Shown: piece after piece, positions 1 to 13,164 of the stretch
Layout of the letters: each line of letters opens with the position of its first letter
Numbering within the stretch: position 1 is the first letter of the stretch
Assembly (NCBI GenBank): GCA_964016885.1
Contig: CAXHJY010001125.1
Span: 1-64,000 of the forward strand
Length of the DNA stretch: 64,000 nt
Origin: Eledone cirrhosa
Taxonomy: Eukaryota
Direction of reading: 5' to 3'
Notes under the pieces: model-generated
What the model saw: the letters and a program-made list of their open reading frames with translations, nothing else
What the model was told of the DNA's origin: nothing
Database searches by the model: none
Made by a program: the position numbers and the translations under genes

Positions 1-516
1 GAAATATAATTCTCTAAGATTTAGAGTTCAAAACAGTAATTTTTTTTTTTTATGGGACCGATGAAATGACATTCTGTAATGTTCTCTTCTTTCTCGTGAA
101 TATCACTGGTATGAAGTCAACTCTATATCTTAATAATTGTACAGCCTTTTTATTCGTTCCCTTTTTACAACTTGACAGACATTTTACACCACAGATACAC
201 CGCGGCTTTAATATAATAAAAATATAATTGTATAGCCCCAAATGGGAATAAGTGTGAAACAGCAGAAGTATTAATCCCTGTTGGCCTTTAATTGGTTATA
301 TTGGTAATTCACTTGACATCTACACAATACCCACTGTTCTTTCCCAGTTTGGATTCCTCCCCTGACTAATAACCCCCCCCCCCTCGCCATTTCTCCTTTC
401 GTTAAAACTCGTCCCAATAGATTTGAAATTCCACCCCTGGGAACCAAGTGCCCCCCCCCCATTCGTTTAAAATTCTTTGAGGCAAAGGAGAATGTTGATG
501 TGTTTTATCATGGAAG

Positions 517-838
517 TCATCATCATCATACGGCAGCGCCATCTGCCGAAATCGACTCAACAATTGAGTGGGTCTGTCGTTCATTGCCGTTGCCAAGTCC
601 TGGATTCCAATACCAGAATGTCTGGAGATGACATCGGGGTAGGAGAGCTTGCGCCCCCTGTTATTAGTGACTGCTTGTGGTTTCTAAAGCACTACTAGGG
701 ACACAGCCTCATAGGTGGCACGGTGGCAGTGGCCAGAAAATCAAGATAGGAGAGCTTGCGCCCCCTGTCATTAGTGACTGCTTGTGGTTTCTAAAGCACT
801 ACTAGGGACACAGCTTCATAGGTGGCAGTGGCCAGGAA
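517..838 (-). mobile_element. RTE-clade LINE 3' end, degraded, with a ~107-bp internal tandem duplication (640-838)
   Basis: Minus strand translates LDFSGHCHRATYEAVSLVVL*KPQAVTNNRGRKLSYPDVISRHSGIGIQDLATAMNDR, resembling the RTE C-terminal pattern (FAGHC..R...W.P...GR...Y...I..D......AM.DR), followed by a (GAT)n tail. Confidence 0.75.
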
Positions 839-904
839 ATCTTACTCTCCTTTTACGTATAACGACAGATATGTGTGGGAGGCCGGCATATATCTCTCTC
901 AGAG

Positions 905-1085
905 TAACCTTCCATGTGATCGCCCGCCCTACTAAAAACAGTAGCCAAATCTTCCTCAGTCAGGTAACCTTCCACGTGATCACCCGCCGTGCTAAAAACA
1001 GTAGCCAAATCTTCCTCAGTCAGGTAACCTTCCACGTGATCACCCGCCGTGCTAAAAACAGTAGCCAAATCTTCCTCAGTAGGCA
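905..1085. repeat. 60-bp tandem triplication within a dispersed repeat (gctaaaaacagtagccaaatcttcctca)
   Basis: Three near-identical 60-bp units; related sequence recurs near 44860, 47280-47345, 47585-47705 and 48340-48450. Confidence 0.85.
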
Positions 1086-1755
1086 AAACTGCACCCTACA
1101 GTTTCAAAAGATAAAACAACATAGTCAGTCTCTGATTAACAAAATGGCAGATAATGAAAGCTGTAACGCCTTTCATTATAACTTCGCTCAATCTGAGCTG
1201 ACCTTGGGTTCAACATCACCATCAAAATAACAACAACAGCAGCAAGCGAATGATTGTCTCCAACATGATATATTTGCTGCCATTTGAAATATATATTTGG
1301 TAAAATGTCAACAGATGGTGGAAATTCCAACATAACAAAAAGTCGCCATTATTGTCTTCGTTGTTTATTTCGACAAATAGTTTTGATATGACTCAGAGTA
1401 AATACTGCCTATCTAATATCTAATAGGATGAACCCAACTATAATTACTATTACTAATATTGGTGACTAATACTTATTTATAGAAATAAATCTCTCAGAAA
1501 TATATACTGGGTTGTTAAATATGAAATTTGTAATGAGGCATATAGTCATATGTTTTTTTCTACAAATTTCATACTTGACGATATCTTGTAGTATAATATA
1601 GTTAGCAATCCTTTTAGTCTTCACATCTTAAGCCAACGAAACCAATTAATTCCTCTTATTCATCTAGTATAATTCCATTAACACAAATATGTTTTATACG
1701 AATGGTTTATACAACTCCAGTACTTAAATCTTGTTTTATTTTATCATCGATTCGT

Positions 1756-1786
<31 letters not shown>

Positions 1787-1908
1787 GAGCTGACCTTGGG
1801 TTGAACATCATCACCACAACCATCATCATCATCATAATTATGCTTAGTGGTCATCGATATGTCCAATTCCTTTGTCTACCATCAGGAAAAAATTATACAT
1901 TTTCTATG

Positions 1909-1986
1909 TATTTTATCCGAGGAGGACATGTTTTGCTTTATGTTATACATAAAATTTTACATCTTCGAAATGTATATAATGAAATA
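1909..1986 (+). ncRNA. Degenerate minimal type I hammerhead motif (Penelope-like pLTR remnant)
   Basis: Helix I tattttat/atgaaata, core CCGAGGA (mutated CUGANGA), helix II base ggacatgt/acatcttc, GAAA, tgtat-ATA cleavage triplet. Confidence 0.5.
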
Positions 1987-2040
1987 AATAGAGATGATAT
2001 AAAGTATATATCGTTCGTTTATTACCATTATTATTACTCT

Positions 2041-2449
2041 TCGGTGATGCCCTGATTAACTTTTTCAAATTTCATTTGAAAAGGAAAATCAGGGTAGAGA
2101 GGAAAGTGCTCTCTTCCCAGCATTTTGTTGAAAGATGGGTGAGAGAAGCAAGTATGGCCCGAGTGAATGGGCCTACTCTGAGTATATGTCTGTAAATTAA
2201 AGGTGGAAAACTGGGAGAGGGCACTTGCCTTGGTGGTCAGGGTCACTGTGGTCTTTTAATGGGCTTTCTCCACAAATGTCCCTCGGAAGTCTCCCCCCTA
2301 TTGGGGAATTTTTCTTTGTTATTTTATTACATCCTCTGTTTTTTTACACGCAGAAATGACCATTTGTACCGTCCTGTATTGTCCTGTACTGTCCTTAATG
2401 TCTACTTTATGTAAACCCTTGTGGTTAATAAAGAAATCATTATTATTAT

Positions 2450-2450
<1 letters not shown>
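2041..2450 (+). mobile_element. 5'-truncated LINE 3' end (Tx1/L1-like ORF2 C-terminus plus 3'UTR)
   Basis: 2043-2195 translates GDALINFFKFHLKRKIRVERKVLSSQHFVERWVREASMARVNGPTLSICL*; AATAAA at 2427-2432; (ATT)n on both sides. Confidence 0.65.
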
Positions 2451-2489
<39 letters not shown>

Positions 2490-2491
<2 letters not shown>

Positions 2492-2590
2492 ATAGTTGAG
2501 ACAGTAAACAAAAAAAACAACAAAAAAAAAACAACGTAGAAGCGAAGAGACAGTACAGATGTTAATATTAGTTTCACGCTTGAGAGTGGT
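2490..2590 (-). mobile_element. 3' tail fragment of the Penelope-like pLTR seen at 11960-12045
   Basis: Reverse complement matches ccactctcaag..gtgaa.ctaatattaaca...tgtactg.ctcttcgct, ending in (TA)n. Confidence 0.6.
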
Positions 2591-2790
2591 ATGTATACAT
2601 ATCGAATTCTATCGATCGATTGGTTATTGATTAGGCGAAACCCGCTGATGAAGCCACTTGCGCCGATTATGTATTGTTGCATAATAAATGCAGCCAGAGG
2701 ATGCTGTGAACTCTATTGTGGCATTAAGTGTGGCCGGAACTTGTGTGTTGTGTGTGTAGAGGGTTAGAATCTCTCTCTCCTCCCTTATTT

Positions 2791-2878
<88 letters not shown>

Positions 2879-3051
2879 TCTTTGGAAGAACTCCGCTGTG
2901 TTCAGAATTGGAGAGGGAAGTCTCCGTCATGTTTCAAATGCGTTTAATCAAACGCCAGAGGTCGTGACTGTGCACTAACGACACCATCAAGAGTTATGTG
3001 CCCTTGGATTAATGGAATGGTTAACCCTAAAGAGAACACATTTAAAATATT

Positions 3052-3155
3052 TGTTTCTACTTTTGGCACAAGGCCAGCAATTATCCCAGTGCATTACTGG
3101 TACTTTATTTCATCGACTCCGTAAGGATGAAAGGCAAAGTTAACCTCGGTGGGAT
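3052..3155 (-). mobile_element. SINE family 1, 3' part
   Basis: Reverse complement of gaggttaactttgcctttcatccttacgg.gtcgat...gtaccagtaatgcactggg...ggccttgtgccaaaagtagaaac. Confidence 0.85.
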
Positions 3156-3558
3156 TACTATTAAAATATTAGAACATGGCAAGGAATCTCTCGATTGAAT
3201 GAATCATTAGAAGCCATTAAACTAAAATACTGTCACCCACAAGTTTTTGTAATTTTAATTTCTGATGTATAAGTAAAATTGTTGAGTGAATAATTATTAT
3301 TTGAAAAGCATGTTTTTGAAATTAAACGGATGCATCCATTATTATTTCCGGCCACATAAGTAGTGACCAACAGAGAAAACTAGTCGACTTCCGTTTAGCT
3401 ACTTAACATAATCATCGTTGTCTCTCTCCCCCCCCCCTCTCTCTCACACACACATATACACACATACACATACACACATACACATATTAGGATGGATAGA
3501 AAAAGAACCAGATTAGAGAGTACATGTATGCACACATTCATTCATATACACACATATG

Positions 3559-3635
<77 letters not shown>

Positions 3636-3728
3636 TATATATATATGTATATCTATCTCTCTCTATATATATATGTATACGTAAATGTATATTTATATAT
3701 GTATATGCATATATGTATATATGTATAC

Positions 3729-3784
<56 letters not shown>

Positions 3785-4382
3785 GCATGCATACCTACCT
3801 ACCTACATAAATACATAACTCAAAACATCCACATCCACATACACAATAACATCCATAGTTGCACACACATACACGCATGTAGACATGCATACATATCTAT
3901 CCAGTTGATCTTTAAATTCCAATGAAATAGTCTTGTATCTATGTTAGAAACCGACTCTCTTTCTCTCTATTGGTAAAAATTTATAGAATTATAAAACCAG
4001 AAGAACTTACATTCATTTACCAGCCATCAAACGTTAAAGTGTAAACATGGGTTAAGTTTACATACGCGTGACAAATGCTGGAAGAGATCGCCTCGGAAGG
4101 TATTTCTAGATTGGTGATCAGCAATACACAACCAAAGAAGTTAGACATCTCTATTGTAATAGAACATTAAATGATCATTGCCATGTTTTCAGAAAATCCC
4201 AAAGTGACAGCCACGTAACAATTGGTATATTAGCAACATTCTATTTAAAGGGTTTGCTTTTGTAATCCAGGTACAAAGAAAAAGGAAAGGGAGCGATCGT
4301 TAGATCGGATCAAGGAAACAATGTTTCCATTGATCTTTCCAGATATAATGATCTGGAACGGAGAAAAGAAAGTATGCGCTAT

Positions 4383-4570
4383 AGTACAGACCAGTTGTCC
4401 AACAGACCAGTATACAGACCAGTTGTCCTACAGACGTAAACAGACCAATATACAGACCAGTTGTCCTACAGACGTAAACAGACCAATATACAGACCAGTT
4501 GTCCTACAGACGTAAACAGACCAATATACAGACTAGTTGTCCTACAGACGATTATAGACCAGTTGTACAA
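4383..4570. repeat. 38-bp minisatellite (tacagaccagttgtcctacagacgtaaacagaccaata)
   Basis: About 5 units; a further partial unit at 4937-4960 lies beyond the CRE fragment. Confidence 0.85.
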
Positions 4571-4575
4571 ACCTG

Positions 4576-4865
4576 GTGCAGTCTGCGACTAACCCAGGTA
4601 CTGCTGCACGTCAGGCTGAGGAGGCCAAACTCTCCAAGTACCGGTCGCTCTCCGACAGGTTCGTGGTCGTGCCCTTGGCAGTGGAGACTTCTGGTGTCCT
4701 TGGTCCTAAGGCTACCTCCCTATTCACCGCCATAGGCACTGAGCTGGCCAGCCGCAGGTGTGAGCCTCACGAGTTGGAATGGCTCTTCCAGCGCATCTCC
4801 CTTACCATCCTGTCCGCCGGACTGTGGGGGAGGCCAACACGTAGGACCCCATTTGCTCACCATAC
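4576..4865 (+). mobile_element. CRE-type non-LTR retrotransposon 3' fragment (restriction-like endonuclease C-terminus)
   Basis: AARQAEEAKLSKYRSLSDRFVVVPLAVETSGVLGPKATSLFTAIGTELASRRCEPHELEWLFQRISL matches the K..KY / P.AVET.G..G / FQR.S pattern of CRE-clade elements; RGNA segment deleted. Confidence 0.8.
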
Positions 4866-5130
4866 GGATTAATAGACAAAGTTATAAACTATTGTAAATA
4901 AATCATTAGAAATTATGTCACTTGACCTTAAATACCGACCAGTTGTCCTACAGACGTAATGTTTAGATATAAGGAAAAATAAAAAAAATTATACAGAATT
5001 AATGAGAAATTTGTAAATATTCTACCCCTATTATAACGTTTGATTTATAGATGTAAATATTAGGGCAATTGATTATTTAAGTAACTACCGAAACCTCAAT
5101 CTTGAGGAACTGGGCTTCACAAAACCATTA

Positions 5131-5464
5131 AGGACACGACTACTTTAAAAAATCCAATGAAAGACCCATTAATGGAACTGTGAATATTTGTAAAGTATTC
5201 CAGAAGTTTAACCTTTATTAGGTGCCAAGTTGTTAGAACGTCGGATAAAATACTTTGTGATATTCCGGTTCTCTGTGTCCCGAATTCCGCCCAAGTCAAC
5301 TTTACATTTCATCCTTTCGTGGTCGATAAAAAAATACCAGTCAAATACTGGGGTTGACTCTTCCTTTTTATCTCATATTTCCTACGACTCCACCAGGAGT
5401 TAAGGGTTCATACAGAACAGGGATCTGCAACTTTCAGGTCTGGAACCCCATGTGTTTCTTCAAC
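5131..5464. repeat. Inverted duplicate of 23445-23778
   Basis: About 335 bp of high-identity reverse-complement match, including a diverged SINE core and non-SINE flanks. Confidence 0.9.
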
Positions 5465-5504
5465 GTTCTGATTTTCTTTCATTTATTATTTATATAAGAT
5501 CTGA

Positions 5505-5700
5505 GGGCGGTGGATTGGCTGTATCGGTAGAGGGTCGGACGCCATGCTTTGCAGCATAGAGTTACGTCCCTTTATGATCTAAGTTCAAATCTCGCCGAGG
5601 TTAACTTTGCCTTTCATGCTTACGGGGTCGATAAAATAAAGTACCAATCACGACTTTCCCCTCTCCCAAAATTGCTGGCCTTGTGTCTATATAAGAAACC
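5505..5700 (+). mobile_element. SINE family 1, near full length, with TSD
   Basis: tRNA-like head with B box gttcaaatc, central gcctttcat..ggggtcgataaa box; 19-bp TSD attattta(t/c)ataagatctg at 5485-5503 and 5701-5719. Confidence 0.9.
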
Positions 5701-5955
5701 ATTATTTACATAAGATCTGCAATCTTACATTAAAATAAAAAGCAACACATTTGACCTGGATATTGAAGTAATTTTAGATAAAACGCAAAGCCAAAAATCG
5801 AGTAAGAAAAATATTTGCTAAACACGTTTTCTTTTGTTTGTATGTTTGTAGTTTTGTTTATAATAAATAATATTATATATTTTTCTTCGTTAAAAATGGC
5901 CGTCAGATTAAAATGGTTCCCCTATCCTGACTATAAACATATAAACATATGTATA

Positions 5956-6002
<47 letters not shown>

Positions 6003-6010
6003 GTATACGT

Positions 6011-6054
<44 letters not shown>

Positions 6055-6060
6055 ACGTAC

Positions 6061-6095
<35 letters not shown>

Positions 6096-6284
6096 CATAA
6101 ACAGACAGATTCACTCAAGCAATCATATGGACGCTTGCAAACATACATATGTCTATAGATATATACATACATACATACATACATATATACATACATACAT
6201 AAGTACCAATGCAGGTACATATATGCATACGTACACGCATACAGACACATGTATGCAAAGAGACAGATAGAGATACCAACATAC

Positions 6285-7460
6285 GTACATACATCCATTT
6301 ACACATACATCCATACACACATCTATACACACATACACATACATCCATTTACACATACATCCATACATACATCTATACACACATACACATACATCCATTT
6401 ACACATACATCCATACACACATCTATACACACATACACATACATCCATTTACACATACATCCATACATACATCTATACACACATACACATACATCCATTT
6501 ACACATACATCCATACACACATCTATACACACATACACATACATCCATTTACACATACATCCATACACACATCTATACACACATACACATATATCCATTT
6601 ACACATACATCCATACACACATCTATACACACATACACATACATCCATTTACACATGCATCCATACACACATCTATACACACATACACATACATCCATTT
6701 ACACATACATCCATACACACATCTATACACACATACACATACATCCATTTACACATACATACATACACACATCTATACACACATACACATATATCCATTT
6801 ACACATACATCCATACACACATCTATACACACATACACATACATCCATTTACACATACATCCATACATACATCTATACACACATACACATACATCCATTT
6901 ACACATACATCCATACACACATACACATACATCCATTTACACATACATCCATGCATACATCTATACACACATACACATACATCCATTTACACATGCATCC
7001 ATACACACATCTATACACACATACACATACATCCATACATATTTCTATACACACATACACATACATCCATTTACACATACATCCATACATACATCTATAC
7101 ACACATACACATACATCCATTTACACATACATCCATACACACATCTATACACACATACACATACATCCATCGATCCAAATATACACATACATACATCCAT
7201 TTACACATACATCCATACACACATCTATACACACATACACATACACATACATCCATTTACACATACATCCATACACACATCTATACACACATACACATAC
7301 ATCCATCTATCGATCCAAATATACACATACATACATACATCCATTTACACATACATACATACACACATACATACAAACATCCATTTACACATACATACAT
7401 ACACACATCTATACACACATACACATACATCCATTTACACATACATACATACACACATCC
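6285..7460. repeat. 50-bp CA/TA-derived minisatellite
   Basis: Unit acacatacatccatacacacatctatacacacatacacatacatccattt, about 20 copies; source of the long His/Thr/Tyr/Ile ORFs. Confidence 0.9.
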
Positions 7461-8391
7461 ATCCAGACGTACCCGGCTGCTGTCTTCCAATGAAAGATCC
7501 ATCTTTATGGATGAGGAGACTGTTGTGTACTGGTGGGATATCTTAAGAAATATAACCAGAACACACACACACACACACACACATACATACAGATAGACAG
7601 ACATACACTCCCCTTCACACTAACATACATACAGACAGACACACACACACCCTCACATACATACATACATACATACATACATACAGATAGACAAACAGTC
7701 ACCCTCACACACACACACACACACTCACTCACCCTCATACATACATACACACACTCATCTACAGACACACACATACATACATTCATATACACACACACAC
7801 ACTCATCCACACACACACATACATTCATACACACACTCATCCACACACACACACACATACATATATACATACACACACACAGACACTCGCCCTTAGATAC
7901 ACACACACACACATCCACACATACACACACCCTCACACACACATACATATATACATACACACACACAGACAGTCGCCCTTACATACACACACCCTCACAC
8001 ACACATACATATATATATACACACACACACTCATCCACACACACACACACACATCCTCACACACATACATATATACATATACACACACACTCACCCTTAC
8101 ATACACACACATGATGATTAATACTTGCCAAAAGTTCCACAGGGTATCTGAATATATTTGTAGACAGCATGCCAACACTTGCTCTTCCCCCTCTCTCTCA
8201 CACCCTCTCTTCTCTCTCCCCCTCTCTCTTTCCCACTTCTTTCTCTTCTTCTCTCACTACTCTCTCTCTCTCACTCTCTCCCACCCTCTCTCTCTCTGTC
8301 TGAGAGAGGAACACGTATGAATAGATTCAAATATAAATGTTGTGTAAGTATGATAGAAGCTCATATAAACATAACTAGACAAACAAGAGCA

Positions 8392-8457
<66 letters not shown>

Positions 8458-8501
8458 CTGAGGGTGTGTGTGCTTATAACTACATATCTTAGGCATACAT
8501 A

Positions 8502-8544
<43 letters not shown>

Positions 8545-8790
8545 TGGGTAGGATGAAGGTGTATGGCTTTGAGGTAAGGGCATTCGACCCACGAAACAAA
8601 AGACAACACGGAGTTGCAGATTAAGACCAAATAGTCATTGAGGAGGTCACGGAATGAGTGACGAAAGAACTTTAACGAACAACTATAGTACTAAAGATAA
8701 AGTGTAAAAGTGAAGATCATAGGGTGCGTGTGTTTCTTTTTATTGGCAATACTGGTTACCTGATTATCCCCACAGCCAAATATATATATA

Positions 8791-8893
<103 letters not shown>

Positions 8894-8907
8894 TATATAT
8901 AATGTGA

Positions 8908-8967
8908 GAGATAAAATAAAGTACCAGTAATGCACTGGGGTAATTGCTGGCCTTGTGCCAAAAGTAG

Positions 8968-9001
<34 letters not shown>

Positions 9002-9200
9002 GGCGGTGAATTGGCAGCATCGGTGGAGGGTCGGACGCCATGCTTTCCAGCGTAGTTACGTCCCTTTACGATCCGAGTTCAAATCCCGCCGAGGTTGACT
9101 TTGCCTTTCATCCTTATGGGGTCGATAAAATAAAGTACCAGTAATGTACTGGGTGATTGCTGGTCTTGTGCCAAAAGTAGAAACAATTGTTATTATTATT
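8908..9200 (+). mobile_element. SINE family 1: 3' fragment followed by a full copy
   Basis: Family-1 sequence with (ATT)n tails. Confidence 0.9.
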
Positions 9201-9429
9201 ATTATATAGATTAAGATGGCCACGTGATATAAAGTATCTTGGACATGGATACAACGGAACGCCGAATGATGGAATGCAGACCAACTGGCAGTCGGCCATT
9301 TTTTATGACCCAGCTAGCAAGTCAGCCAACTCTTCTATCTTTCTCTCTCTCTCTTTCTCTCTCTGCCCCTCTCTCTCTCTTTCTCTCTCTTTCCCCCTTC
9401 TCTCTTTCTCTCTCTCTATCTATCTATCA

Positions 9430-9478
<49 letters not shown>

Positions 9479-9527
9479 AGTTGAGATGTATATGAATCTG
9501 AAGTAACAAGAACATTGAAAGATATTG

Positions 9528-9586
<59 letters not shown>

Positions 9587-9605
9587 AAATAGAGAGAGAG
9601 AGATT

Positions 9606-9657
<52 letters not shown>

Positions 9658-11139
9658 GAGAAATCTTGGCTTAAGAATTTGCAATTATCTTCTGACGAAT
9701 ATGCGTGAGTTTTGGAATCAAGTCAGTCTGTTGTAAGCTGTTATAACAATAGACGGCAGCCATGTCTACTGGAAACACACATTCATCAACAGCCTCATTA
9801 AATTGTAAGGTATAAATAAGGTCAAGAAAGCTACACAACTACTCTAGTACATACATACATACTTGGTGAGTTTAATCAATATACATACATGTTTTCTTCC
9901 TTTTTTTCTCTCTCCCGTAACTCTTGATGGAGTCGCATGGGCGCCATATTGATATATGGCGTTTCCAGGGTATTTTCAAACCTGGCGGAGTCCATCTCAT
10001 CTTTAGGTTTGAATATAACAGATTTCTTCCAGAGAAGGATAGAAGTAGGCCCCCACTCGGTCACGAATGACCAGGGCTTTGCCACTAGAAAGTTTCCCTC
10101 CGAGGCACAAGCCTGGGCAAGGTTTCCGGTCCGAGAATCGAACTCGAAGTTGAGGGTTGCTATACCGACGTCAACGATTATCATAGAAAATAAAGCCTGC
10201 ATATTTTTAAGAGTGCTAACCCGAACACACGCACATATACACATACATACACATTCATACATAGCATACATACATACATACACACGAACATACATACATA
10301 CACACATACATACATGGCTGCCCCCTCGTTATTGAGTATGGCCATTGCACGATATAACATTAATAATAATTATCAATTAATGCTATCGTGCAATGCCTGT
10401 GTGTGAAGATATTTTTTTTAAGTGAGGAAAGACTGTGGACTGAGCCAGTCCCACTCGGAGCGACAGTAGCTATACCTACATAGCATACATACATAGCATA
10501 CATACATAGCATACATAGCATACATACAAACACACAAATACATACGTACACACACACACACACACATAGCACACACACACACATAGCATACATGCACATA
10601 CATACACTCACATATACATACATAACTACTGACAATATAAGTAACGCTACTTCAGATTTTCAAAGATGTTTTTTTTTTCTTACTTCCCGTATATTAAAGT
10701 GGGTAGCCCTAAATTTGCTAATTTGTTTGAGACTGTCAGTATATTTTATATACATTTGTTAATGTCACCCCTAACTCTCTATAACTAGTACAGTCTTTCC
10801 TGCAACAGAATTGTCAACAGCTGCCAAAAACAAGAGACAAACAATCGACAAACAAACAAACAAACGAACAGTAGTTGAACGAGTCAACTGCAAATCTTTT
10901 GTCAATCTGTTCCCTTTTAAACAAGGAAGTACTACATTTGAAAAATAAACAGGACAACAATCCTGAAGTATTGTGAATAATTAGCAATTGTGTTTTGAAG
11001 GGTTAATTAAACTACAAATGGGTGGAGATGGACGAAAAGGGGACAGATTTAAGTGTAGTGTTTGTTAGTCTAAAACAGCCATTTTAAACACACGGTTTGT
11101 ATCAACAGATGACAAAACAATAGAGAAGATACATTCGAC

Positions 11140-11355
11140 AGTCAATCGACTTTCGTCAAATCGGACCGAGGAAACGATGTTTCCATTGGTCTTTCCAATT
11201 GCTAGTACTATCTATCGGTCGCAACTCCAGGTAGAAGGTGCAACGTGAAATAAAGTGTCTTGCTCAAGGACATAACGCATCGCCTGGTCCAGGAATCGAA
11301 CTCACAACCTCACGATTGTGAATCCAGTTCTCTAACCACTCAGCACGCGTCTTCA
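11140..11355 (-). mobile_element. tRNA-derived SINE family 2, variant tail
   Basis: Reverse complement carries tRNA A/B boxes and CORE-like tgtccttgagcaagacacttt; near-identical copy at 26983-27198. Confidence 0.85.
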
Positions 11356-11371
11356 CAATAGAAGATATAAC

Positions 11372-11645
11372 AGGTGGTTCAGAGGTTATAGTCTTCGGTT
11401 GACGATGGTAGTTTTACGAGTTTGATTCCCGGGCTGGCCCCTTATATCCTTCAGTAAGACACTTTCTTTCGGCTGGCAAAACTGAGTTGTACCTGTAGTT
11501 CGATGGATCAACCTTGTCACACACTGTGTCACACTGAATCTCCCTGAGAACTACGTCATGGGTACACGTGTCTGTTGGATGCTCAGCCACTTGCAGGTCA
11601 ATTTCACGAGCAGCAGGCTATTCCATTGATTTAATCAATTGAACA
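11372..11645 (+). mobile_element. tRNA-derived SINE family 2 (diverged), head-to-head with the previous copy
   Basis: gagtttgattccc B box, agtaagacactt, tail ctgaatctccctgagaactacg...gctcagccacttgc..aatttcacgagcag. Confidence 0.8.
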
Positions 11646-11829
11646 CACACCGTCACCACACACAAACACATATGTACACCTACACACACACACACAAACA
11701 CTACACCTTCCCACCTTCCCCGCTCGGATCCCCCCCCCCCCCTGTCTCCCACTCTCCCTCTTCTCCTCCATCCACCCACCACCACCCCTACACGCCTCAC
11801 ACCCTTTCACCACTTGTTTCATGTTAATT

Positions 11830-12045
11830 TGTTTTACCCTCTAACCCCCCTCCCTCTTTAATGTCTTTCCACCACTCCTCCTCACACAACCGGAACTCTT
11901 TTCCTGCCCACTTTTCTCCTGATGAAGGGCTTACGCCCGAAACGTCCCCCCCCACCCACCCCACTCTCAAGAGTGAACCTAATATTAACACTTTGTACTG
12001 CCTCTTCGCTTTGTTTTGTCTTTTTTGTTTTCTGTTTTAACTATT
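11830..12045 (+). mobile_element. Penelope-like pLTR with minimal hammerhead core (11919-11946)
   Basis: CTGATGA-A-GGGC-ttac-GCCC-GAAAC-GTC, pyrimidine-rich tail ending in (TA)n; helix I 3' strand replaced by a C run. Confidence 0.7.
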
Positions 12046-12130
12046 ATATATATATACCAATAAATGTAATGAAGGAGTAACCAAGCGTCCTTGTTATCCT
12101 TTCAATATATATATATGTGTGTATATATAT

Positions 12131-12332
12131 ATGTAGGAGGTGAGTTTTATTGTAGTACAATAAAGCAATGCAGATATCGGATAAGTAGCACTCTACAGTT
12201 TGTAGGAGTGGAGTATATATAATATATAAGATCAAAAGATTGTTAAAAGAGTTCCCATGTATTTTATTATGCGCATTTTGAAATGCGCATAATAAAATAC
12301 ATGGAACTCTTTTAACCATCTTTTGATCTTAT
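12131..12332 (+). mobile_element. (TA)n-embedded element family B with ~53-bp-arm palindrome (12226-12332)
   Basis: Both ends match the reverse complement of 16231-16585; fold-back centred just before GAAA-TGCGC-ATA. Confidence 0.75.
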
Positions 12333-12379
12333 TTATATATATATATATATATATATATCTTACTACTTCTCTCTCTCTT

Positions 12380-12460
<81 letters not shown>

Positions 12461-12461
<1 letters not shown>

Positions 12462-12650
12462 ACGAAGGAAATGTGGTAAGGAACCAGGTGGACCATAACG
12501 CACCAAAGTACTCAATATTTGAGGTAGTAGAGTGGGTAATAGGAACCAGTAAGACCCCGACAGCTGAGCTCAAGCCGTTTCGACGGCTAATTCGAGAATT
12601 AGCCGTCGAAACGGCTTGAGCTCAGCTGTCGGGGTCTTACTGGTTCCTAT
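12461..12650 (-). mobile_element. (TA)n-embedded element family A with fold-back palindrome (12539-12650)
   Basis: Unit aacgaaggaaatgtggtaagg...gccgtttcgacggctaattc followed by its inverted partial copy. Confidence 0.85.
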
Positions 12651-13164
12651 ATATATATATATATATATACACCACACTAGAGTACATAAAATACTTTATT
12701 TGTGAAACCTGATATTATATCAGCTGCTAAGTGATGTTTTCTAAGATGTTTCAACTTCCGGTGTTTAAAGCGAGTCCTTAAATACTAATTAGTTGAGTTT
12801 CTAAGAGTTCTCCAGTGTTAGGATTTTGTCCAAAACATTAGTTATTTTACGACACGACAACATATTTCTCGTTTCACTTGTCCTTATATTTCATTAACAA
12901 AACAACTCATTTTAAAAGGTTCCAGTTCCCTCAACATAATTTTCTATAAAAATATTTTATGTTTAAAAAAAGAAAAAAAGTATCTTAATAAAGGTTTCAA
13001 TGCCCTCCGGTCCCAATAATTATATTTTTGGCCCCAAACCACCAAAATAATCATCTATTGATATGAGCAGCTGATGTGTATGTATGTGTGTGTTAACTTA
13101 AGATATGGTTGTCTAAATTACTCAATACATGAACTCTATAAATAATGAACACAACCACAAGGAT

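Noticed and set aside
853-1086. EF-hand-like repeats (GYLTEEDLATVF)
   Set aside because: A 60-bp triplication of a dispersed non-coding repeat; lacks the DxDxDG loop
6209-7596. 313-445-aa ORFs rich in H/T/Y/I
   Set aside because: Translations of a 50-bp CA/TA minisatellite, open in several frames; the same applies to the IY/CV/HT/LS ORFs throughout
9876-10335. Overlapping 143-aa and 132-aa ORFs
   Set aside because: Starts and ends lie in microsatellites, no recognisable domain; the middle looks like a repeat fragment
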